From NCBI GenBank assembly GCA_034530875.2, contig JAVRCJ020000010.1:1-64000 (forward strand): a DNA stretch of 64,000 nt, in the 5' to 3' direction. Below, one piece after another: positions 48,424 to 58,934 of this stretch (its first letter is position 1; the number at the start of each line of letters is the position of its first letter). Made by a program: the position numbers and the translations under genes. The notes below the pieces were generated by a model. It searched no databases. It saw only the letters and a program-made list of their open reading frames with translations, and had not been told where the DNA came from. This DNA comes from Nostoc sp. DedSLP01. GTDB taxonomy: Bacteria; Cyanobacteriota; Cyanobacteriia; Cyanobacteriales; Nostocaceae.

Positions 48424-49521
48424 CTAAGCAAACTTGGTTGGTGAAATTCCCAATTTCATTAACTTGTTTTTGCTGGGTCGTCCACTAATTAAACAAACAT
48501 CTTGAAATGGAAATATCCAGTAACAGTTTAAGAAAAAATCTTCTAACACTTCCAATTCTTTATGTAAACTATTTACACCTAAAACTGAGTAACAAAAGTC
48601 ATAATAACAACCGTAAGCAATTGATAACTTAGGCAACCACATTCCCTCATTACCACGAATGTAATGATTTTCTAAAATTATCCCTAAATATCTGTCTATA
48701 ATTTTAAAAAAGTCATATTCCTCTAGCTGATTTAGAGGAAAATATTGTTTAATTAAACTTTGTAATTGCAAACGAGACTGCTTCAATAAATCTCTAATAA
48801 TTATCCTTTCTCTTTCATCCCAAATTTGCATGAAATATCCAAATATTTCCTGAAAAAGAGTTCGGTTTGAACTGGGAATATTTATATTATCAATTCTAAA
48901 ATTCTTAAATTCTATCGGTTCTTTGGTGTCAAAAAAAACATCATGATGATTCCAAGATTGATAATCAGTCAAACCTTTCAAAATGTTTAATCTTTCTAAA
49001 TCATCTTTATTTAACCTGAGTTCGGCAAACTTCACCCTCTCAACCTCCCTCTCCTGTTTAGCGAGGGAGGGGCAAGAAAAATCAAGGTTTTGCTCACCTC
49101 TCATGGTAGCAGATAGGCTGGGGATGAGGTCAAAAAAGTACTCGGCGAACTCATCTGTACTTGATATTTCTGTACATATTTTTTTGAATTCATTTCTATC
49201 TATTATTGTCCATATTGAGCCACCCCACAATTTACATAATATATCAAACAGTATGCCCCAAATTAAATGTTCTCCCGTGTGTTTATTTAATACTAAATTA
49301 ACAAATTCTTTAATAATTATATCTAATGCTATATACAGAGTATCGACAAAAATAATTTTAGGTTTAGATAATTCAGCGGCGCGATAAAGTGAAAGAGTAT
49401 TTGCTCTTGCTTTACTTCTGTCAATAATATCTGAGTTAATAAATATTTTCTGCCATTTTTCTTTATAGATTGGAATTAATGCTGATTGTTCAACAGTGAG
49501 TGTGGTTTTAGATAATGACAT
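48424..49521 (-). CDS. DUF6745-like protein
   Basis: LTVEQSALIPIYKEKW N-terminus; DFCYSVL...CYWIFPFQDVCLISGRP C-terminus; AT-rich. Confidence 0.7.
   Translation of the reverse strand: MSLSKTTLTVEQSALIPIYKEKWQKIFINSDIIDRSKARANTLSLYRAAELSKPKIIFVDTLYIALDIIIKEFVNLVLNKHTGEHLIWGILFDILCKLWGGSIWTIIDRNEFKKICTEISSTDEFAEYFFDLIPSLSATMRGEQNLDFSCPSLAKQEREVERVKFAELRLNKDDLERLNILKGLTDYQSWNHHDVFFDTKEPIEFKNFRIDNINIPSSNRTLFQEIFGYFMQIWDERERIIIRDLLKQSRLQLQSLIKQYFPLNQLEEYDFFKIIDRYLGIILENHYIRGNEGMWLPKLSIAYGCYYDFCYSVLGVNSLHKELEVLEDFFLNCYWIFPFQDVCLISGRPSKNKLMKLGISPTKFA
49028..49131. repeat. Degenerate palindromic REP-like element in frame within CDS
   Basis: GC-rich CCTCCCTC...GAGGGAGG hairpin block inside an AT-rich gene. 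Confidence 0.65.
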
Positions 49522-49924
49522 ATTTTTATAAATTTTGATTGCAAATGGTATGTATTTTCTCGAATTAGTTTTGACCTATTTTAAAAAATAATTTTTTAAA
49601 GTTGCTCAGAAATAATACTGAATAATTATCTCGGTTTTCTCTGAGCGCGAATTAGAACTAGATTCAGTTGCTCTCTGCCAGCAATCGCAGGTAATTCACA
49701 AAATGAGATTGTAAAAAGATTGGGTGCGTTAACTCGATAAATATTTGCTATTTGAGAAGGTTAAATTTTATTAATATTGGATTCTCAGTTATAAAATAAT
49801 AACTTTAGATTAATCAACAGTATTATTTAGGTCAGTTTTGGAAAATTGTACTTCTCGGGAGATGTCAAGAATTTGTACTTCGCTACAAACTGAAGAGAGA
49901 GGCTGTAGAGAATGGTGTATAGCA

Positions 49925-51091
49925 ATGACAGAGAAATCCCCAGAAATAGAGGTGAAAAAATTAGTTAATTCACCTACACAAACTTCAGAAGTAAAAATTC
50001 AGGTTCGCCCATCGGTAGAAAATCAACCCTCTACATTAGAAGATATTGCCCAAAATATTGCTGAGACAGCTAAAGCAGTTTTAGACACAGTAATAGGTTT
50101 GGGAGAAGCTGCAACGAAACAAACACACAAATTCATTGAAGAAACAACTCTAACCAGCGGTCAATTTGTCAATAGCCTGAGTGAAAATTGGCTGATTAGA
50201 AAACTATCTGGAGTATTAAATCTCAATTGGCTATTTGGTGCTACTGATGCTGTTGATTTAGAAAAAGCAGAAGTGGCGGTAAAAAAACTCAAGGAAGAAT
50301 ATCCCCAGGAATCACCAAGCCAAATTGCTCACCGCATCATGGTGGACAAAGCAGCAAAAGCTGGTGGAGTTGGTTTGGCAACAAGTATTTTGCCGGGATT
50401 TGCACTAACATTTTTGGCAATTGATTTAGCAGCGACAACAAAATTGCAGTCAGAAATGGTTTATGAAATTGCATCTGTCTATGGACTAGATTTAAAAGAT
50501 CCTGCCCGCAGAGGTGAAGTTTTAGCAATTTTTGGTTTGGCCTTGGGTGGAGGGCGTCTATTGAAAGCCGCGGGATTAGGCTTGTTGCGAAATGTGCCTT
50601 TTGCCGGTGCAGCGATCGCCGCTAGTTCAAATGCGACGATGATCTATTCATTGGGATATGCTGCTTGTCGATTTTATGAAGCCAAATTAGATGAATCAAC
50701 TGCTCTTGATTCTCCGCAGACAATAGCGGCATTAAAACAAGAGAGTGAAGAGTATCTGCAAAGTGCGATCGCTCAACAAGCCATCATGGATCGAATTTTA
50801 GTTCATATAATCCTAGCAACTCATCCCGAAAAAACCTGGTCAGAAATTTTGCCACAATTGCAAGCTGCAAATTTAAGTCCTGCTTCCTTAAAAGCCATTG
50901 CCGAAAATATCAAATCACCCCAGCCCTTAGATACACTGCTAAATCAGCTAAATCGTGATTTTGCCATACCATTATTGGCTCAGTGTAAAAAAATTGCCAA
51001 ACTTGACAATCAGAGTACACCAGTAGAGCAAGAAATAATTAATGCGATCGCTAATAAATTTCAGATTGATGTAAATGAGATTGGGGCATAG
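49925..51091 (+). CDS. EcsC/DUF697-like protein
   Basis: AAKAGGVGLA, MVYEIASVYGLD, VPFAGAAIAASSNA. Confidence 0.7.
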   Translation: MTEKSPEIEVKKLVNSPTQTSEVKIQVRPSVENQPSTLEDIAQNIAETAKAVLDTVIGLGEAATKQTHKFIEETTLTSGQFVNSLSENWLIRKLSGVLNLNWLFGATDAVDLEKAEVAVKKLKEEYPQESPSQIAHRIMVDKAAKAGGVGLATSILPGFALTFLAIDLAATTKLQSEMVYEIASVYGLDLKDPARRGEVLAIFGLALGGGRLLKAAGLGLLRNVPFAGAAIAASSNATMIYSLGYAACRFYEAKLDESTALDSPQTIAALKQESEEYLQSAIAQQAIMDRILVHIILATHPEKTWSEILPQLQAANLSPASLKAIAENIKSPQPLDTLLNQLNRDFAIPLLAQCKKIAKLDNQSTPVEQEIINAIANKFQIDVNEIGA

Positions 51092-51094
51092 GGC

Positions 51095-51300
51095 AAGGAG
51101 GGAGATGGGGGGATGGGGAGTGTTTTAATTTGGTTAATGAGTCTTTGATACTCGTGAATGAGTATTTGAACTAGATCAACACAATTCTAAAACTCTTTCT
51201 CATCTCCCTACCTCCCTATCTCCTCACCTCCCCACCTCCCTATCTCCCTATCTCCCCACCTCCCCATCTCCTCATCTCCCCACCTCCCTACTTGCCCCAT
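51095..51300. repeat. Composite repeat, second copy (two 21-bp units)
   Basis: Core 51118-51195 homologous to 42468-42587. Confidence 0.85.
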
Positions 51301-51371
51301 AAGCGATACATGAAACAAGAATTTTGAGCAATACTGGTACAAGAACGAATATTTTAGATAAAAATCCTGAA

Positions 51372-52853
51372 ATGACAATTCAACCTAGTGATACGCCTTT
51401 GCTAGAGTGGGCAGGCGATAGTTTGGCAATTGGATTATTTGAAGATGCAGTAGAGTTAACCGGAGAACTGGCAACTTTAGATCGAAATTTTGCCGGAGTC
51501 TTGAAAGAACTGATTGCTGAAGAGGAATTTAAAGGTAAAGCTAACAGTACCATTTTCACTCGTGTCAGTGGTAATAGCCCAGTCCGTAAATTGATTGTGG
51601 TGGGTTTAGGAAAACCAGAAGCACTCAAAATAGATACACTGCGACGCGCTGCGGCTGCGGTAGCCAGAGTAGGCAAAAAGCAAAAAAGCAAAATTCTCGG
51701 TTTGAGTTTTCCATTATGGAATAACGATCCAGATGCCAGTGCCCAAGCGATCGCTGAAGGTATAGAATTAGCACTTTACCAAGATGTTCGCTTTAAATCA
51801 GAACCAGAAGATAAAGGGCAACAAATAGAAACAGTAGAATTACTAGGTTTTGCCGGCCAAGAAGCAGCCATCAACCGCGCCCATCAAATAGTTTCTGGGG
51901 TAATTTTGGCACGGGAGTTAGTAGCAGCCCCAGCGAACGCAGTAACACCGATTACCTTAGCAGAAACAGCTCAAGCGATCGCTAACGAACACGGTTTGCA
52001 ACTGCAAATTCTGGAAAAAGAAGACTGTGAAAAGTTGGGTATGGGTGCTTTTTTGGGAGTAGCCCAAGCTTCTGATTTGCCACCAAAATTCATTCACCTC
52101 ACTTACAAGCCAGAAGGTACGCCGAAAAAGAAACTGGCAATTATTGGTAAAGGCTTAACCTTCGACTCCGGCGGACTGAACATTAAAGGTGCAGGTAGTG
52201 GCATCGAAACCATGAAAATTGATATGGGCGGTGCAGCAGCAACCTTGGGTGCGGCAAAAGCGATCGGCCAAATCAAACCAGATGCCGAAGTTCACTTTAT
52301 TTCAGCCGCAACCGAAAACATGATTAGCGGTCGCGCCATGCACCCCGGAGACATTCTGACAGCATCAAACGGTAAAACAATCGAAGTCAACAATACCGAC
52401 GCAGAAGGACGTTTGACGCTGGCAGATGCTTTAGTTTATACCGACAAATTGGGATTAGACGCGATCGTTGATTTAGCGACCCTCACAGGTGCCAACGTTA
52501 TTGCCTTGGGCGACGATATTGCTGGCTTATATACTCCCGATGATGCAGTAGCTTCCCAATTGGAAAAAGCCGCCCAAACATCAGGAGAAAAGATTTGGCG
52601 GATGCCAATGGAAGAAAAATATTTTGAAGGGCTAAAATCTGGCATTGCCGACATGAAAAACACCGGCCCCCGTCCAGGTGGTGCCATCACTGCCGCCCTT
52701 TTCCTCAAAGAATTCGTTAAACAAACCCCTTGGGCGCACTTAGATATAGCCGGCCCAGTCTGGACAGATAAAGAAAACGGCTACAACAGCTCCGGAGCAA
52801 CCGGGTACGGCGTTCGGACGCTGGTTAACTGGGTATTAGAAACTGGGGAGTAG
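51372..52853 (+). CDS. pepA: Leucyl aminopeptidase (M17)
   Basis: [32 protein letters not shown]. Confidence 0.96.
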   Translation: MTIQPSDTPLLEWAGDSLAIGLFEDAVELTGELATLDRNFAGVLKELIAEEEFKGKANSTIFTRVSGNSPVRKLIVVGLGKPEALKIDTLRRAAAAVARVGKKQKSKILGLSFPLWNNDPDASAQAIAEGIELALYQDVRFKSEPEDKGQQIETVELLGFAGQEAAINRAHQIVSGVILARELVAAPANAVTPITLAETAQAIANEHGLQLQILEKEDCEKLGMGAFLGVAQASDLPPKFIHLTYKPEGTPKKKLAIIGKGLTFDSGGLNIKGAGSGIETMKIDMGGAAATLGAAKAIGQIKPDAEVHFISAATENMISGRAMHPGDILTASNGKTIEVNNTDAEGRLTLADALVYTDKLGLDAIVDLATLTGANVIALGDDIAGLYTPDDAVASQLEKAAQTSGEKIWRMPMEEKYFEGLKSGIADMKNTGPRPGGAITAALFLKEFVKQTPWAHLDIAGPVWTDKENGYNSSGATGYGVRTLVNWVLETGE

Positions 52854-53067
52854 GGAGTAGGGAGTAAGGGGACAAGGGAAATAAATCCCCACTCCCTATT
52901 CCCCACTCCCCATTCCCCACTCCCTACTCTTCAACATTTCGTGCTATCTTGGGCTTGCCAGAGAAAATGTTGCGATATTAACAAAAGTAATTCGGCTATT
53001 CTGAAAGTTAAGCTTTTTGGACAAAGCCATCTGGTAAAATTTGTAAGGTTTCTAGAAGCTCTAAGCA

Positions 53068-54090
53068 ATGGGATCGACTCGTGTACGGATCGCAATTGAT
53101 GCAATGGGAGGGGATCATGCACCCGCTGAAATCGTTGCTGGCGCATTGCGAGCAAGGGAAGAATTGGGTGTAGATATATTGTTGGTTGGCGATCCCCAAC
53201 AAATTGAAGCTGCCTTACCGCCAAAAACAAATTTAGGGCAGGTGGAGATCGTGACTGCACAGGAAGCGATCGCAATGGATGAGGAGCCTTTAAACGCAGT
53301 TAGACGCAAACGGAACGCTTCTATTAATGTGGCGATGGATTTGGTCAAACAGCAACGGGCAGACGCGGTATTTTCAGCCGGTCACTCTGGCGCAGCTATG
53401 GCATCAGCTTTGCTCCGCTTAGGAAGATTACCAGGAGTAGACCGCCCAGCCATTGGGACTGTTTTTCCGACGATTATTGCTGGTAAGCCAGTACTAGTAC
53501 TTGACGTCGGCGCCAACGTAGACTGCCGTCCCAAGTTTTTAGAGCAGTTTGCTGTCATGGGGTCGGCTTACAGTCGCTACGTCTTGGGTACAGCAGAACC
53601 TAAGGTGGGTTTGTTGAATATCGGCGAAGAAGACTCTAAGGGCAATGATGCGGCAGTCCGCGCCCATCAGTTACTTCGTGAAAACTCTCAAATTAATTTT
53701 ATTGGCAACGCCGAAGGGCGTGATGTGCTTTCCGGTCGTTTTGATGTGATAGTCTGTGATGGCTTTGTCGGCAATGTCTTATTAAAATTTGCCGAAGCAG
53801 TCGGAGAAGTAATTCTGCAAATCTTACGGGAAGAATTACCCCAAGGCTTACACGGTCAAATCGGCTCAGCACTTTTAAAACCAAACCTGAAGCGTATCAA
53901 GCAGCGTATGGATCACGCAGAACACGGCGGCGCTTTACTCTTAGGCGTAGATGGAGTTTGTTTGATCGGTCACGGAAGCTCGCAAGCACCTTCAATATTT
54001 AATGCAATTCGCATGGCCAAAGAAGCTGTTGACAATGAGGTACTGCAACGAATCCAGTCCCAATATATCCTAGAGCGCGAAAGCGGTTAG
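53068..54090 (+). CDS. plsX: Phosphate acyltransferase PlsX
   Basis: IAIDAMGGDHAP, LDVGAN, VCDGFVGN. Confidence 0.97.
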   Translation: MGSTRVRIAIDAMGGDHAPAEIVAGALRAREELGVDILLVGDPQQIEAALPPKTNLGQVEIVTAQEAIAMDEEPLNAVRRKRNASINVAMDLVKQQRADAVFSAGHSGAAMASALLRLGRLPGVDRPAIGTVFPTIIAGKPVLVLDVGANVDCRPKFLEQFAVMGSAYSRYVLGTAEPKVGLLNIGEEDSKGNDAAVRAHQLLRENSQINFIGNAEGRDVLSGRFDVIVCDGFVGNVLLKFAEAVGEVILQILREELPQGLHGQIGSALLKPNLKRIKQRMDHAEHGGALLLGVDGVCLIGHGSSQAPSIFNAIRMAKEAVDNEVLQRIQSQYILERESG

Positions 54091-54203
54091 TCATCGATCG
54101 TTGGTCATTAGTCATTGGTCATTGGTCATTGGTCAATTGTCATTTGTAAAGCACAAAGGACGATTGACAAAGGACAAAAAGCTGATAGCTCGGGAGATTA
54201 GGT

Positions 54204-55196
54204 GTGCATAATTTAGGCATAGCAATTACAGGAAGTGGCTCAGCAGTACCAGCAACTTCCCTACACAACCAAAGATTGACTGAACTGGTTGAAACTTCAG
54301 ACGAATGGATTACCACAAGAACTGGAATTCGTCAACGGCGATTGGCACTGCCATCTGAGTCATTGACTGTACTCGCTACTGCCGCCAGCGAACGGGCGAT
54401 CGCAGATGCCGGAATCAAAGCAGAAGACCTAGATCTGATTTTACTGGCGACTTCCACCCCTGACGATTTATTTGGTAGTGCTTGTAAGATACAGGCCCAA
54501 TTAGGAGCAAGCAAAGCAGTAGCTTTTGACTTGACAGCTGCTTGTTCCGGCTTCGTATTTGGACTGGTTACAGCAGCCCAATATATTAGAACAGGTGTAT
54601 ATCAAAATGTACTCCTGATAGGAGGAGATATCCTCTCTCGCTGGGTAGATTGGGAAGACCGACGCACCTGTGTGTTGTTTGGTGATGGTGCAGGGGCAGT
54701 AGTATTGCAGGCGTCGAAAAGCGATCGCTTATTGGGATTTGCGCTCAAAAGCGATGGTACTCAAAACCATCAGCTCAACCTTGGCTATACAGGCTCATCT
54801 CAAGAAATACTTTCTGGGATCGATGTCACCAAAGGCGCTTACCAACCCATCACTATGAACGGCAAAGAAGTTTACCGCTTTGCCGTCAACAAAGTGCCAG
54901 AAATCATTGACAAAGCCTTATTCCAAGCCAACCTCACAGTTGAGCAAATAGATTGGCTAGTGTTACATCAAGCCAATCAACGGATTATTGATGCCGTTGC
55001 CCAACGCCTAAATATCCCAGAACATAAAGTTATTAGTAATCTTGCAAACTATGGCAATACCTCCGCTGCTTCCATTCCTCTAGCCTTAGATGAAGCAGTG
55101 CGCCAAGGCAAAATTAAACCTAATGACATCGTTGCTGCATCCGGCTTTGGTGCCGGTCTTACATGGGGTGCAGCAATTTTTCAATGGGGAAGATAG
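54204..55196 (+). CDS. fabH: Beta-ketoacyl-ACP synthase III
   Basis: AACSGF, HQAN, GNTSAAS. Confidence 0.97.
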   Translation: MHNLGIAITGSGSAVPATSLHNQRLTELVETSDEWITTRTGIRQRRLALPSESLTVLATAASERAIADAGIKAEDLDLILLATSTPDDLFGSACKIQAQLGASKAVAFDLTAACSGFVFGLVTAAQYIRTGVYQNVLLIGGDILSRWVDWEDRRTCVLFGDGAGAVVLQASKSDRLLGFALKSDGTQNHQLNLGYTGSSQEILSGIDVTKGAYQPITMNGKEVYRFAVNKVPEIIDKALFQANLTVEQIDWLVLHQANQRIIDAVAQRLNIPEHKVISNLANYGNTSAASIPLALDEAVRQGKIKPNDIVAASGFGAGLTWGAAIFQWGR

Positions 55197-55222
55197 GGAT
55201 TGGGGACTGGGGACTGGTGACT

Positions 55223-55310
55223 GGGGAAGTGTGGAGAGTGCGGGTACTAGGGAGGAAAGATTTCTTCCCCATTCTCCCACACCTCCCACACTCCCTGCTT
55301 GCCCAATGCC
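55223..55310 (+). repeat. Dispersed G/C-arm repeat (copy 3) within STRR arrays
   Basis: GAAAGATTTCTTCCCCATTCTCCCACACCTCC...TGCTTGCCCAATGCC. Confidence 0.8.
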
Positions 55311-55370
55311 CAATGCCCAATCCCCAATGCCCAATCCCCAATATCCACTCGATCGCTGACTAAATGACCA

Positions 55371-56252
55371 ATGACTAAAACTGCATGGGTGTTTCCCGGA
55401 CAAGGTTCTCAAGCACTGGGAATGGGAATAGATTTATTAGATATACCTGCCGCTAAAGACAAATTTGCCCAGGCTGAGGCAATTTTAGGCTGGTCTGTGA
55501 CAGAAATATGTCAAACCCAAGAAGAAAAGTTATCACAGACGCTGTATACTCAGCCAAGTCTTTATGTGGTAGAAAGCATTCTTGCTGACCTGATGCGGGA
55601 GCGAGGACACAAACCAGATTTAGTTGCTGGTCATAGTTTGGGAGAGTATGTTGCCCTTTATGTTGCTGGTGTCTTCGAGTGGGCGGCTGGTTTATATCTA
55701 GTGAAGCGTCGTGCCGAACTCATGGATAGTACCTCTGGTGGGATGATGGCAGCCTTGATGAACTTTGACCGCGAACAGTTGGAAAAAGCGATCGCCGCAA
55801 CGCCTGATGTAGTAGTGGCAAATGATAACAGTCCGGCTCAAGTGGTAATTTCAGGTACAGCCGACGCTGTACAAACGGTCATGTCTCAAGTAAAAGCCAA
55901 GCGTGCTATTCCTTTAAAAGTTTCTGGGGCATTTCATTCACATTTAGTTGCCGCAGCTGCTGCGGAATTTCAAGATATTTTGCAATCTGTGGAATTTCAG
56001 CCAGCTGTTGTGCCAGTTTTATCAAACATAGAACCAACTCCGTCTAGCGATGCTGCAATTTTGAAGCAACGCCTCAACAAACAAATGACGGGTTCGGTAC
56101 GCTGGCGAGAAATTTCTCTAGAATTACCAGCTAACGGTATCCAGCAAGTAATAGAAATTGGCCCTGGTAAAGTTCTAACTGGCTTGATTAAACGTACTAG
56201 TCCAGATTTAAGCCTCAAAAACATCGCTAGTGCTGCTGATTTGCCTGTTTGA
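55371..56252 (+). CDS. fabD: Malonyl CoA-ACP transacylase
   Basis: FPGQGSQ, GHSLGE, SGAFHS. Confidence 0.97.
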   Translation: MTKTAWVFPGQGSQALGMGIDLLDIPAAKDKFAQAEAILGWSVTEICQTQEEKLSQTLYTQPSLYVVESILADLMRERGHKPDLVAGHSLGEYVALYVAGVFEWAAGLYLVKRRAELMDSTSGGMMAALMNFDREQLEKAIAATPDVVVANDNSPAQVVISGTADAVQTVMSQVKAKRAIPLKVSGAFHSHLVAAAAAEFQDILQSVEFQPAVVPVLSNIEPTPSSDAAILKQRLNKQMTGSVRWREISLELPANGIQQVIEIGPGKVLTGLIKRTSPDLSLKNIASAADLPV

Positions 56253-56667
56253 TAGAAGAAAGGCAGGAGGCAGAGGGCAGAAGGAAGAAAAGGTACAAAC
56301 CTTGACCCTTGTGGGCAAAAAATCAAAACATTCTTTTCGAGATGCAAGGTACGAGAAAAGATACGTCCTATTCAAACCTCTTCCCTTTATGAGAGAGGTT
56401 TTCCTTCTGCCTCCAGCATAGCTACCGCCCTTGGCAGATTGATTTTTTAGAGGATGTTTTAAAAGTACATCAGATAGAAACTTTGGGCAGACAAAGGAGA
56501 TGAGGTAAACAAGACTTCTTGCAGAAGTCGAGAAAAGGGGAAGGGGGAAGGGGAAAAGGTTTGGTATTTTCCCTTTCCCCTTTAACCTTTTTCCTTTGAC
56601 CACAAGAGTGCAAAAAGCCTCTGTAAAAATAGTATTTACTACACCTTTTATTGTTGAATTTCAGCAA

Positions 56668-57444
56668 ATGCCACTTGAATTACAAAATCTCACAGGCGGT
56701 TACACCACAGTACCAGTTGTCCAAAACATTAATCTCAGCCTACAAACAGGAGAATGGTTGAGTTTAGTTGGTGCTAATGGTTCAGGTAAGTCTACTTTAC
56801 TTAAATTACTCAGCCGTATTCTTTCTCCACAGCAGGGAACAGTACTACTTGATGGCAAAGCAATTCATTCTCAACCGCCAAATATAGTTGCACAGAAACT
56901 AGCATTGTTACCGCAACAACAAATAGTTCCCGTTGGCTTAACAGTGCGACAGTTAGTAAGTTTAGGGCGTACACCACATCAACCTTGGTGGCAATGGGAA
57001 TTAAATGCTGAAGATTGGCTAAAAGTCGAAGCTGCAATTCAAAAAACGCAATTACAAAAATTAAGCGATCGCTTAGTCGAACAACTCTCAGGTGGTGAAA
57101 AACAACGGGCTTTTTTAGCTTTAGCACTAGCCCAAGAACCAAAAGTGTTATTATTAGATGAACCTACGACTTTTTTAGATATCAATTATCAATTGCAACT
57201 GCTGGAAATACTTAAAGAACTGAATCAGCAGCAAGAATTAACTATTATTACAGTTCTACACGAACTCAATTTAGCAGTACGTTATAGTTCTCGTATTGCA
57301 TTATTAAAACAAGGTCATATCTGGCAAGTTGGTACACCTGAAGAAGTTATAACACCAAATGCGATCGCTCAAGTTTTCGGTGTAGAAGCAGTGATTATTC
57401 AGACGCCCGTCGGCTTACATGTTTGTGCTATTTCTGCTATTTAA
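56668..57444 (+). CDS. ABC transporter ATP-binding protein (iron-siderophore/cobalamin type)
   Basis: GANGSGKST, LSGGEKQR, LLLDEPT, LGRTPH. Confidence 0.9.
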   Translation: MPLELQNLTGGYTTVPVVQNINLSLQTGEWLSLVGANGSGKSTLLKLLSRILSPQQGTVLLDGKAIHSQPPNIVAQKLALLPQQQIVPVGLTVRQLVSLGRTPHQPWWQWELNAEDWLKVEAAIQKTQLQKLSDRLVEQLSGGEKQRAFLALALAQEPKVLLLDEPTTFLDINYQLQLLEILKELNQQQELTIITVLHELNLAVRYSSRIALLKQGHIWQVGTPEEVITPNAIAQVFGVEAVIIQTPVGLHVCAISAI

Positions 57445-57675
57445 CGAAGGCAGGAGGCCGTTTTTTAACGAGGATTTATACCCCATTCCAAAAACTTTTC
57501 GCCTTAAAAGGCTGTCTTCGTAGCGGGACGAAGTACGGTTTTTGACCCGATTTTTTTGATAAACTTTTAATCTGCTAACGCCAACTGGCACAACGTCTGA
57601 ATATTCATGCAGGAAGTCTATTAATTATTCTCCGCGTCCCCCATCTCCCCATTTTCCATACCTTCCTTGAATTTA

Positions 57676-57793
57676 TACAGCAGGTTGCGACTAAATGAGG
57701 TACACAACTGGAGAATTAAATATAGAAATTCTTCTTCTACCTCCTGCCTCATAACCAGTTAATTTGTACCTCATGCAAATCAAAACTGCTGTA
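57676..57793. mobile_element. MITE with TA ends and about 29-bp imperfect TIRs
   Basis: TACAGCAG...ATGAGGTACA / TGTACCTCAT...CTGCTGTA (21/29 match). Confidence 0.8.
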
Positions 57794-58754
57794 AATTAAT
57801 CCTCTTCGATAAGATTGATTTGGGTAACATTCCATGTACGCCTTTTTGAGGACTATTTACAACTTGAGTGATGCGAAAATTTACAGCTAAACTACACAAT
57901 ACATAAGCATCTTCTCGGGATAAATTTACGAAGCGTTCTAAGAAATCGATCGTATTTTTTAAAGCGAGTTCTAAGGCTTCATCTAAAGTTTGAGCAAAGC
58001 CCATTGTGATGATATGAGTCGGAGTTTCTGCGATTGGTGTTGTTAGTTGTAAATCCTTGCGAAGTTTGAGTGTAATTCTACCATTCATAGAAGTTTCAAT
58101 GGCAGTTACATTAACTTCGCCATCTCCTTGTGCAGCATGTCCATCACCAATGGAAAATAATGCACCTGGAACAAAAATCGGCAAAAATAAGCGAGAACCT
58201 GCTTGGAGTTCTTGATTGTCGATATTACCGCCGTAAGAACCTGGCGGAATAGAAATTCGAGAAGTTTCTGGAGTAGCAACGCCAAGAATTCCAAAAAACG
58301 GTTTGAGGGGAATCTCGATCCCCGCACCTGGTGGAAATTCAGCAATATTGTTTGCTAAATCCAAAGGAATAAATCTTAAAGCAGGTTGAGAAAATTGATG
58401 TGGTAAGGCTCCCCAACCTGTACGAATTGCATTGAAACCCACAGGTAAACGAGGTGCGATCGCTTCTAATTTTACTTCTAAAACATCACCCGGTTCTGCA
58501 TCCCGCACGTAAATTGGTCCTGTAAGTAAATGCGGCCCTCCACCAATTTTGCGTTCTGGTAAAAGATTTTGGCAAATGTCGAGAAATTCTGGTGTGAGAA
58601 ACTCTGCTGGTGCTTTTTCATAAACGTAGTAACCAGTATAAGTTTCGACGTCAACTGTATCCCCAGAATCAATAGTCAGTGCTGGCTTTAGCAGATGGGA
58701 AAAACCGCCCAAATGTACGGTTTCTTTGGTAGCTTTTAAAATGTAGTGAGCGAT
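57780..58754 (-). CDS. Acetamidase/formamidase family protein (apparent non-canonical ATC start)
   Basis: HLLTGPIYV, PGDVLEV, GGNID, GDGHAAQGDGEV; frame extends upstream of TTG 58712 to ATC 58754 behind a GGAGG SD. Confidence 0.85.
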   Translation of the reverse strand: MAHYILKATKETVHLGGFSHLLKPALTIDSGDTVDVETYTGYYVYEKAPAEFLTPEFLDICQNLLPERKIGGGPHLLTGPIYVRDAEPGDVLEVKLEAIAPRLPVGFNAIRTGWGALPHQFSQPALRFIPLDLANNIAEFPPGAGIEIPLKPFFGILGVATPETSRISIPPGSYGGNIDNQELQAGSRLFLPIFVPGALFSIGDGHAAQGDGEVNVTAIETSMNGRITLKLRKDLQLTTPIAETPTHIITMGFAQTLDEALELALKNTIDFLERFVNLSREDAYVLCSLAVNFRITQVVNSPQKGVHGMLPKSILSKRINLQQF

Positions 58755-58934
58755 CGCTCTACCTCCTCTTTGTGTAATTCGTAATTCGTAATTTGTAATT
58801 CGTAATTCGTAATACTCGCCAAGGCGTGAGAAGCAAGCTACGTAATGGGCTACACCCCGCTACGCTAACGTAATTACTGTTGCGTAAGGGTTTTAGGCAT
58901 TTCAAATGGTATATTTATTTCCACGCCAGCTGGA

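Noticed and set aside
55086..55412. Overlapping short ORFs between fabH and fabD, and similar ones at 21865-22217 and 56208-56667
   Set aside because: Products of STRR/low-complexity repeats (GIGDWGL, PPTPP patterns)
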